Below are positions 1 through 10,039 of a stretch of DNA of 64,000 nucleotides, in pieces. The stretch comes from Neodothiora populina (taxonomy: Eukaryota). Location: contig NW_027191411.1 in assembly GCF_041146345.1 (NCBI RefSeq), positions 1,426,001 through 1,490,000 on the forward strand. The letters are read 5' to 3'. The translations under genes and the position numbers were made by a program. The notes beneath the pieces were generated by a model. That model ran no database searches and was not told the DNA's origin. It saw nothing but the letters and a program-made list of their open reading frames with translations. Within the stretch, counting starts at the first letter, position 1. The number at the start of each line of letters is the position of its first letter.

Positions 1-133
1 AGTCTGTCTTCTCCAATGCACACGGCTCGCCTTTTCCACAGCACAACCTCGATCCTGCCATCCAGTCTTACCCTTCTCCGCTGCCGCCCTCTCAGCATTC
101 CCAGCAACAGGATCAGCGCCAGGACCACAACCA

Positions 134-179
<46 letters not shown>

Positions 180-2117
180 CAGCAACACCAGCGGCAATTT
201 GGAGAGACAGATGCCGCCTTTGATGCTTTTCCCTCCACCACGGACACGCAGCAGCAGTTCATGAATCCCTGGGGTATGCCACCGCAACAGCCTAATCGTC
301 CCTACCAGGCTTCACCGGACCACTTCTACCATCAGAGTAGTGAGTGTGCACCCATGGCCAATCAACCTCACTATCCCGGCTCTCTCTCCGCTCAAGATTG
401 GACACAGCCTTCGTATGGCTATACTGGCGGCACCGAGCATTGGAACTATCAGACCGACGAGCCCACCATCTATGGCGAGGATGCCACTCTACATCTGAAG
501 ATCCAGAGCATCCCTACCCTTGACAATCTGTCAACCCAAATCATCATGAATCTCGCCAAGGGTTCGCTGCCTGATATACTACTCCTCACCGCTGGCCGTA
601 ATTACGAAGAGAGTCAGGCGTACTTCACCCGAAGGACGCTCTTCGACCAGACTCGTAAAGTCTTCACCCGCGCTTCCGTCTTCATCGACCTCGATCCCGC
701 AGCCCATCTGTTCACGGCCTCGCAGCAGGAAGTGATTCGCAAAGCCAACCGCGCCACCTTCATCTCTAGCATCCTCGAGGGTCACGACATAAGCTTCTAC
801 GATCTCGACGCCCGCTTTCTCGACACATTTGTGCCCGCGGGACAACGTCTTTCCACGTGGCAAGGCGCCATCTACCTCGAGCTCAAGACTCAGGCATACA
901 TTGCTGCGCTCATGAACAACGACGGTCCGGCCGACATTTTGCTCGACGAGCTCTTTCCGCACGACATAGAGCAGAGAATTCAAGCCCGACATCCAGACGC
1001 ACCGAATATTGCGCCCAGCGAGCAGGACTTCCTCGATCGCGCGAGGGCTCGAAAGCAGTATCTTCTCCAAGAGCCTCCGTCCTACGAGTCTTTGAACACA
1101 CTGCGTCACAAATACGGGTGGCAGGAGTTCTTGCGCGAGTTCGCTAGCAGCATCAACAGGAATGTCGAGTCCATTGTCAACAATCCGGTATGACAGTCTT
1201 CTGACAACGTGCGCATGCTTGTTGTAATGTGTATTTATTGACCATCTTCGCAGGCTCGGACACCGTCAAGTGCATCCTTTTCACCACAGGTCCCTCGCCT
1301 ATCTCAATCACCAGCCACGCGACACCCCTATTACGGAGAGCACCTGACGCAACAGCGAGCTCAGTATATTGCGAATCAAGGCCTTGCTCCGTTGCCGCCA
1401 CCTCCGCCACAGACACCCCAGGCACCTGCAAATAACCACCAGGTACAGAACTTGCGACAGCTGGACGAGCCAGGGAGCGTCTCCGCCACTCCTGACCCTG
1501 TAGAAGGCGAACCCCCAGCGCAGCCGAAAGGCAAGCCTGGCAAGGCAAACAAGAGCGGAAGCAGCACAGGCACACCGCGCCAGCCATGGAAACAAGAGGA
1601 AGAGGACGCGCTGCTGGCGGGCCTTTCCGAAGTCAACGGACCGCACTGGTCTCAGATCCTGAGTCTCTACGGACGCGGCGGCAGCATCAACGAGGTGCTC
1701 AAGGACCGAAACCAAATCCAACTAAAGGACAAAGCGCGCAATCTGAAGCTGTGGTACTTGAAAATGGGCAACGAGGTGCCGCAGTGCTTGCGCGGAGTGA
1801 CGGGCGAGTTGCGCAAACGAGGAGGAGCCAGAGTCAGAGCAGCGCTCGGCCTCACAGACGACGACGACGAGGGCCCACCGAACAAGAAGAAAAAGGCCAC
1901 CGCTGTGGGCGCGTCGCCGTTGTCCAAAGGCAAGGGAAACGGACAACCGAAAGCTGGACAAGCGACGGCACCACAAGAAGGCGGAGACGGCGAGGGATCT
2001 AATGCAGCGGCGGCGGCGGCGGCCGCCGCGGTGGCTGCCGCAGCAACAGCAGCAGCTGCGAACGCGACTAGTTCAGCGCCTGACCCGGCGATCGATCCAA
2101 TGTTGAGTAACGAGTAA
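1..2117 (+). CDS. TBF1: Telomere repeat-binding factor Tbf1/TRF-like protein (TRF homology region + C-terminal Myb/telobox); 5'-partial
   Basis: Frame 3 is open from the window start through a Q18 tract into ORF 261-1187. Motifs LKIQSIPTLDNLSTQI, IRKANRATF, QGAIYLELKTQAYI. Intron 1188-1253 (GTATGA...TTGAC...CAG) joins in frame to the Myb repeat PWKQEEEDALLAGL...WSQIL...LKDRNQIQLKDKARNLK. Stop at 2117. Confidence 0.88.
132..185 (+). repeat. CAG/CAA trinucleotide repeat encoding Q18 in the Tbf1-like protein
   Basis: (CAG)11 core at 138-170 flanked by CAA/CAG codons, in the same frame as ATG 261. Confidence 0.95.
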
Positions 2118-2752
2118 AGAAAGGAAGAAAAAGAAAACGACGAAGGGGAGAGATCAGGAACGAAACAAAGACGAAACAAGAGAGAAAGAGATGCAGGCGA
2201 AGGCATATCATACATACGATTGCAATGACCGAAGTTAATTAATGGACTGAACCCCCCAGTTTCCATCTGACCGCTTACCTTCTCTCATTCCCCCCAAAGC
2301 CAGAGGGAAAAGCTAAAGAGGGAGAGGAGACAGGCTGGGGGTTCGTTCTTGTCACTATTATCAATAATTCCTTGTACAGCTTGTGAGAGAGCGAAGAACA
2401 AAAGTCGGGCAAAAGGCAAGGCTAAGAGAACAAAAAGACTCCGGAGTACATAATACAAGATCCAAGAAAGATCAGAATTCGCATGTGCACATGTCACATG
2501 CAGGTGTCGTGTCCGCTTTACTTCCATATTAGATGATTGTAGTGATTGTTGTGAAAGAGTTTTGATTATCAACTAAAAATCCCATCTAGCATACACAGAA
2601 GAAGATGATAAGATCAAAACCCGGAAGAAAATGATTGCCTTTCTCTCGCTTCCCTCCCTCAAGAACCATCTTCCCTTTCACACGGCGCCTGGTCTGAAAA
2701 GATAACTAAGTTTGCATCTCGCATTGCGTTACATTGCATGTAAATCAATCAA

Positions 2753-4430
2753 TCAGAGGGCGGAGAAGAACGTGCTCATCACTACTGGTAGCATGGCTCT
2801 GTTTTGGCTGTTAGAAATTTCCTTCTCGATAAGACGGGAAAGAGGGTCATGATGGAAAGACGGAAGATAAAGGAAGAAAAAACATACCCGACTGCCAGGC
2901 TGGCTGCGATTCCAAGAGTGGCTCTTCGTTTGATCTTTTCCTTGCGCAACTCCGTCTCGGTGCGGCGCAGCCTCTTGTTCGGCTGGTCCTCCGCCGGCCG
3001 CGAGCTGGTGGTGGCCGCGGCGGCGGCGGCGTCATTCGTCGAGGCAGCGGCCGCCGAGTCGTCTGAATCGTCCTCGAGCATCTCCAGGGCCTTTCGCTTC
3101 TTGCCTGCTGCGCGACCGGCCGTCAGCCTGTTGGCTTCGGCGATGGCGGCTTTGGCCTGGTCGAGGTAGGCTTGCGGGTCCGTGGGAAAGTCGAGCTGCG
3201 GGTGCGAGGGAGGGGTCTCGATGGTGAGACGGGTGGTTGTCAAAGGCTCTTGGCCGTCGACGGCTTCTTCGGTCGTGGTCTTGACGTCGATCTTGACGAC
3301 TTCGCCGATGCCGGAATCGGCTGGGTTGATGATGCCGCCCGGCGTGGTTATCGCAATGGCATCGCCATTGATTGACTCTGGCTCCACGGAATCTTCGGCC
3401 GGCTGTGACGATTCTCGTGCGCTTTCCATCGAGGTCGCGAGGATGCTGGAGGTGGTGGAGGTGCCGGCTGCTGGACGAGTGCGGCGGGCGCGCTTGGGCG
3501 TGGCAATCTTGCGGGGGGCTGGGGCAAGCGGCATGGATTTCGTCGGTGAGGCTGAGCGCAGACTTCGCTTGCGCGTCGACATGGCCTCGACCGGAGGAAG
3601 CAGTGATGGTGGATCGGGAGAGGCAGCGACTCGCGAGGTGTTGAAACGGGGAGGAGTGGAGATTCTCTTGCTGGGATCGTGGGTCCCCTTTGGAATAGGC
3701 GAAGGGTCAAGGAGGGCATCTATCCAGGCACGCATGTCGTATTCGTCGGCGAGCTCAAGGGCTGTGTGGCGAGAGTATGGTGTCAGAAGATGGTGACAAG
3801 AAAGCGAATGGAGGAGGTGAAAGTGAAGACTTACCAGACTCGGGAGAAATCCACACGTTGCCGGCGACCTCTTCCTCGCCCGTCTGGGGAAGAGACTTGA
3901 TGTATTTCTTCTCCATCTCTTCCTGCTCTGTCGAGGCCCAGGGAAAGGCGGCCTTGAACATACCGGTGGCGCTGATGAATCCGTCACTTGAGCGCCTCTG
4001 GACGGAAGGAGTGGTCAGTCAATGCTCGATATCGCCGTCTCGCTCTCCGCCTTTTTCTCACCATCAGGAAATATGACTCGGGATAGCTGTGATTCCGCTG
4101 GATGGTGAAGATGCCGCTGCCCTGGAGATCTTTCGGCAAGGGCACGCGCAAGTGGGCGTAGTCGAACATGCCGAGATTGTCGGGTTTGGTGGCATTGGAG
4201 GTTCCGATCTGGCCGGGCTTGACGCTGAGTTCTGTCTGACCCAATCGACGTCTCTCGATCAGGAGGTTCACTGGCAAAGCTCGTCAGTCTCGACGTTGTC
4301 TCTTTCGTCCCTCTTTTCGTCCTTCTCTCACAGGTGCGCCGAGTCTGAGGCGGGCGAGCTCACTTTGTGGAGTATGCTTGGGCGCGACAAGCGGATTGCG
4401 CCTCTCGGGCAGCGAGCGTGGCGTCGTCAT
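2753..4430 (-). CDS. bqt4: Bqt4-like KilA-N/APSES inner nuclear membrane protein, 5 exons
   Basis: Exons 4430-4364, 4270-4062, 3997-3835, 3761-2888, 2798-2753, all GT-AG. Protein [14 protein letters not shown]...RRRLGQTEL...[10 protein letters not shown]...[25 protein letters not shown]...[17 protein letters not shown] (KilA-N). C-terminal TM anchor [26 protein letters not shown]. Confidence 0.85.
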
Positions 4431-4637
4431 TCTTCCTGCTCTTGCTATTTCTCTGTTGGTTGTCTGTACAATCGCGCGCGATACGTCCAAGCGAGTCGCG
4501 TCTGGTTCGGTGTGGCCGCAGTGATTAGAGTATGCGAGGGCGCGTCGCGTAATGACACGAGGAAATCAATGGTCTGGGGAGCGAAACACTGCTGCTCCGG
4601 ACAGATGAGAATAACTTGGGTCTGTGGGGTGTGGACA

Positions 4638-4643
4638 ACGCGT
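4638..4643. promoter_or_regulatory. MCB-like element ACGCGT upstream of the bqt4-like gene
   Basis: Exact ACGCGT about 210 bp upstream of ATG 4430, with further CGCG cores at about 4473-4550. Function is inferred from the MBF consensus. Confidence 0.35.
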
Positions 4644-5925
4644 TGGTGGGAGAATTCTGGAAGGACAATGGAAGGAAGAGCAAGAGTAGAAAAAGGGTAA
4701 AGGTATAGATGAACAGATGGACAGACAGACGACGACGGAGAGGCGCGATTTACTGTTCCTTCCGTTGCAGATGTGGATGTGACCGAAGCCAAGCTTTGGC
4801 CGGTGCGCGATCGACTCTCTCCCTCACTCTCTCGTTCTCTCTCACACTTGTTCCATTACCTATCCACATTCCACTGTACCTTACCTCACTTCACCTTCTT
4901 CTTACTCACTCACAATGCGCTGAACGCTACTTACCGTAGCTTGTACTCACCTGGGACTTGATCTCATCATAGCCAAGACAGAATTACGCAAATAGTGAAC
5001 ATTGATACAGCAGTCCCTTAGGCAGGTATATGATAGTATCTACCGTGCCCCTGCCCTACTACTGCTCTGTCTCTCTCTCACGATCATCGTGCACATGACT
5101 GCTTCCATCGCCCTATCCTACAGTACCTTGCGCAATGCCTGATATTGGATTGTGCTCACCGTGCCTGTACCGCGAAAGAACTCCTTACTACTACAAGAAC
5201 AGAGTAGGGCCGGCACCTCCTCCACACCGAGCAACGGGCTGCCCGTCCCCCACCCATTGCTCGGCTCTCGAAGCGGGGCTCGCTGCATTGTGATGCACTG
5301 CTGCTGTCATGTCATGTACAAGTGCTGTGCCTCGCCACTCTGTGCTGCATGTAAGCCTCAATAATGAGGGTGACCCTGTGGGCATCTCTTCCGATCGACC
5401 TACTTGTACTGTACCTTGTGCTATTAAACGTCCACAATGTTATGTAGTGCTGCATCGCTATCAGATTGCGGAAACTGACCATTCTCGCACATGTCTCAGC
5501 TAGAACCACCAGCTGGGGTTATGGCTCTCTGTTCACCAAAAGGCCCAATTCTAGCACCATAGACTAGGTTCGGCGCAAGCACAGCTGCTCTTCTACAAGT
5601 ATCTGTCTAGTATATTATCCCTCGACAGCCTTATTCCCCTCAGTCTCACTCCATCCACCTCTCGTCGACCAACGTCGAGGGGGAACTTCTGGGCCACGTG
5701 CAGTCGTTTCCCTCGATCGATCGATATCAGTGCGTTTCGGCCACTCCTATTTCCATACTCCACTTGTAGCACAGTACTTCGTATCAACACTGCACTTGTA
5801 CCACTCCCGTGTTATTATCTGCGACGTGATGCACAATTTAATGCAACGAGCACGGACCTCGCCCACCGCCCCTGGCGGTGAGGACTGCCTCACTACTCTG
5901 TCTGCCATTGCGCTATCTTCACAGA

Positions 5926-5926
<1 letters not shown>

Positions 5927-5956
<30 letters not shown>
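5927..5956. repeat. (CA)15 microsatellite upstream of Rho-GDI
   Basis: Perfect CA run followed by a degenerate AACAC tail. Confidence 0.95.
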
Positions 5957-5962
<6 letters not shown>

Positions 5963-6094
5963 AACACACGACAGACATCTCTTGAATAGGTGCCTGTCGT
6001 TCTGATTCTTTGCCTCTTCTTGCTCCACACCGTCTTCCGTACTCGCTTGCACACCAGAATCCTTTTGTTCCTGTCCCGATAGCACACACACATC

Positions 6095-7370
6095 ATGTCT
6101 GCCGATCACCATGATGACGAGCTCGTCCCTGAGCAGACCGAGGGGTTCAAGGTTGGAGAGAAGAAGACCATCGACGAGTACCAGCAATTGGGTAAGCTGC
6201 CATTCTCTCTGATTTCTAGTTGTTGCTTGTACATGATTTGTCTGTCGACCTTGACTTCTCGCTTCTATTATTCTGGCCCAACCCCACCATCCGCTTGCCA
6301 AATACGAGAGAGAGAGCGTAGCTTCGAGACACCCTCGAGGGGCCTTGTGTTGTGTCTCGCGATAAGGGATGCTAAGGGATGCTGGCTACTCGCAATGCAC
6401 GTGCACCACATCTCTCTATCATCAGATCCGCTTGGCGGAAGTGTGGTCATCCTCTAGAAACATGCTAGAATGTCCTTGACTATCAGGGCATTATGCATTG
6501 TTTCTTGGCCGTGGATTTTGATCTACCACCACTTCCAGAGTCACAATCTAGATGCTTTATCATGCTTCGTTGTGCAGATCTATACCACCGTGTATCAGTA
6601 GCATGCTGGACCATCTGGGATACATCTACTATTCTCCATCATGCAAACATGGCCCTGCTATCATAGTGACTTACGCACCCATTCATGTTCACAAGCTGAC
6701 CGTCAATGAACAGACCAGAATGACGAGAGTCTACGAAAGTGGAAAGAGTCTTTGGGAATCGGCTCGGGATCCACCATCAGCGATCCCAACGACCCGAGGA
6801 AGGTCATCATCTTCTCTCTCGGTCTTGAGGTACGTCTGAGTCCAGTGATCAGAAGTTCCTAATGCTAATCCCCAAACCAGATTGAAGGACGATCAGATGT
6901 CATCATCGATCTGACGACTCCCAACTCCCTTGAAGAACTCAAGTCCAAGCCCTTCACCATCAAGGAGGGCGCAACCTTCCGCATGAAGGCTCGCTTCAGA
7001 GTCCAGCATCAGATTCTTTCGGGTCTCAAGTACGTGCAGGTTGTCAAGCGCATGGGCGTCAGCAACAAGATGCAGGAGATGATTGTAAGTCCAAACAGCA
7101 GCAGTGCCATGACTTCTACTAATGCCTCGATCTAGGGCTCCTACTCCCCAAACACATCAGATAAGCCTGAGTACGAAAAGAAGTGTAGGTCAAACTGCCA
7201 CCCGTCTCATTGATCGTGTTATTGACAAGAACTCAACAGTCGAGTCCGAGACTGCACCCACTGGCATGCTCGCTCGTGGTCACTACACTGCCGTGTCCAA
7301 GTTCATCGATGATGACAACGTCACTCACCTCAAGTTCGAGTGGGCCTTCGACATCAAGAAGGACTGGTAA
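6095..7370 (+). CDS. RDI1: Rho GDP-dissociation inhibitor, 5 exons
   Basis: Exons 6095-6191, 6714-6829, 6881-7084, 7136-7184, 7240-7370. Protein MSADHHDDELVPEQTEGFKVGEKKTIDEYQQLDQNDESLRKWKESLG...PFTIKEG...GSYSPN...APTGMLARGHY...FEWAFDIKKDW. Confidence 0.96.
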
Positions 7371-8039
7371 AGTGTCAATTACAGCAAAATCTAAACCTAG
7401 CACGAAAAAACACAACAAATTCATGACATGATTCATTTTCAAACATCACGGCCGCATCCACCACTACCTTTATGCACTGCCGTTTACTGCACCGACCATG
7501 TTACTCATGTCCCCTCTCACCTTTCTCATCCTCTTCATTCTCATCTCTCTCCTCGGCAACAAATCAGTTCGAGATCTTTCGCGAAAACATGTTTCGTTTC
7601 TTTCTCTCGATCAAAGTGTGTAGAAACCTTGCTACTTTCCGCTGGCGATAGTTTACGGTGCGCAGACAATTCGAGCGATGAAGAGAAAACACACGACAAG
7701 AAATATAGATTACCTGAATGGTAGATATCGTGATCTTCGTTTTTTGATCGTTCTTCCATTTGAGTTGGCGAGAGACAGTGATGTTGCTACCGGGCATAGC
7801 TTCTCGAGTATCAGTGTGCAGAAGGCGGACTTCTTCAGTCTCCACTACGAGAGAATTTGACACGGTCGCATGTAGAAGTGTAAGATAAAAAACATGTCGT
7901 TGTGGATTTGCTCTTTCATTCTACTATGGCATGAACGGAACGGGGAGATTCATTCTCCCGAGAGAACCAACGCTAATCCAGACCGCATCCATCCTTCGTC
8001 CTTCATTCTTTCATATTTCCATTTTGCTCTGAAAGAAAT

Positions 8040-8842
8040 CTAAAGGTTCTGCTGAATAGCAGCCTCGAGAGCCTTGGGGTTGGCACCGACAATCTCGCCG
8101 ACCTTCTCGCCGTTCTTGAACAGGATGAAAGTGGGCATGGCGCGAATGGCAAGCTCTTGGGCGACGTCAGGGACCTCGTCGACGTCGATCTTGTAGAAGC
8201 GGGCGTTGGGGTAGACGTCGGAGAACCTTGTTGTTGTTAGTCTTTTCTTGGGACTCGGTTTGAAGAGGGATGATGAGAGAGGAAAGAAAACGTACTTGAC
8301 GACTTGAGGAGCAATGACCTTGCAGGGTCCGCACCAGGTTGCGAAGCAGTCGAGGACCATCAGAGAGTCCTTCTCCGAGAGGGCGGTGTCGAAGTCGCCC
8401 TTGCTGTGAAAGGAACTCAAGTCAGCGTTTCATTTCTTGTCTGTTATGTGATCCGCCCGGTCGTGGTTGCTGCTTGACTGATTGGTTGTGCTCCTCTTCT
8501 TCTTGCCCCTCCTTCCGCCTCTCTGTCTATGCTACCCCTCCGACAGAAACACAACCGTCATTGACCCACCCCCAAATGCCCCGGCACATTCGCGCGCATA
8601 CCCTCTTTGTAGAATCACAACTACGAGAGAGAAAAAAAAGGCGCAACTTACTTCTGAAGGTTGTGAACACCCATTGCAGCGGCTGTGTTTGAAAAGTGAC
8701 GAGAGACGGCGGCGGAGTTGTTTGCGAAGAAGAGGGGCTGATAAAGCGGTTGTCGCTGCTGTCGTAGTCCTGCTGATCTAAGAACCGAAGTCGATGTGTG
8801 GTTAAATATGCTTCTTCTGCAAAGTCCTGCGGCAAGGGACAT
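8040..8842 (-). CDS. TRX1: Thioredoxin (WCGPC), 3 exons; short form starts at ATG 8674, N-terminally extended form at ATG 8842
   Basis: Exons (8842/8674)-8652, 8403-8296, 8226-8040. Protein MGVHNLQNKGDFD...[15 protein letters not shown]...KIDVDE...IRAMPTF...VGANP. Confidence 0.95.
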
Positions 8843-10039
8843 AAGGGTGTTTGTGTTTTATATGTATGTATGGATGGTAAGTGGACTAAGGTTGAGTAAT
8901 GTGGCGGGCTTTCTACAAGGGAAGAGAGAGGTTGACGCCTTATGCACGACGCCAATCATCCAATCCAAAAGCAAGGTCCCTCTTTTTTTTGCTTACCTGA
9001 GCAGTTTAACAACCTGAACAGCACAAAGCCACCCCTCCGAAGCCGAGCCTTTTTTTGTCACCTCCGGCTGCGGCGAGCACATCATCGCCGCCGCGTGCGG
9101 GCAGGCTTGCTTATCAAATGCTACCTGTACTAAGGTTACTCTACAGCATTTATTGCATGTGATATATATTCATCATCATGATTGATCATGTCCGGGAGAG
9201 ACAACAGCACTCACCGGCTCTATATTGTCATCCAGCATGCCATGCCATGCTTGATCATCGCAGATTAGTGATGAGGCGGCGTGGTCGTGCATGTCTTATG
9301 CGGCCGCATCATGCCTCGACCGAATCCCTTTCGCTCTGTGTCGCTGTCTTGCGCTCGTTCACGTCCCACTACTACACCCTCAGACAACTGTAATCCGCCG
9401 CCACTTTCGTCGTTTGTTCCGATGCATGTGAAGGTGTTCCGCAAGTACAGCACGGTATAGCACAGTAATAACATACAGTAATCTATCTGACAATATCAGA
9501 AATCATATTGTCAACTATGAAATCGTACATCAGATCTGCCCTCTCGGCCAATACCTTACTTGTATGGACTTTTGCCAATCAGCAGTGACAAAACCTTGTC
9601 ATTTTTCCTGTTGTCCTATTGACATGATCACTGCACATGCAGCTGTCAATCCCCAAAGTGGAATTTGCTCTGAGCAAATCGAACATTCGATGTTGTGAAT
9701 ACATTTTTTCCTGCCTCCAATCCCCCATCTCCTTGACCTCCTCCAAATTAGCGTTTACTCGCTCTCTGCCGACGAATGGGTATCAAACTATATAGATTCA
9801 TGACGAGGTTTTTTGACAAAAAGAAATCTTCGTGGAAGAAAGAAAAAAATAAAGCAAAAACAAAGATAACGTTAGTCTCATGACAAATGACACTTGAAGA
9901 TGCCTCGACATGATCCATGGTAGGCGTAAAAAATCAACAAAGGAGACGATATAGGTAATGAGCGACAAGATGTGGAGTGTGCAACCGGACATGTCAGTAT
10001 ATCTGCACCTAGCCAGGACAGATCTGTCCATCACTGAGA

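Noticed and set aside
16..264. 82-aa poly-Ser ORF
   Set aside because: Alternative frame of the CAG repeat; frame 3 (poly-Gln) is continuous with the Tbf1-like CDS.
5730..6301. ORFs with THTH/VCVC repeats
   Set aside because: Translations of the (CA)15 microsatellite.
8227..8295. 23-aa insertion in thioredoxin as shown in the ORF track (similarly 24 aa in FMO at 40329-40400)
   Set aside because: In-frame stop-free introns with clear donor, branch and acceptor; removing them restores the conserved fold.
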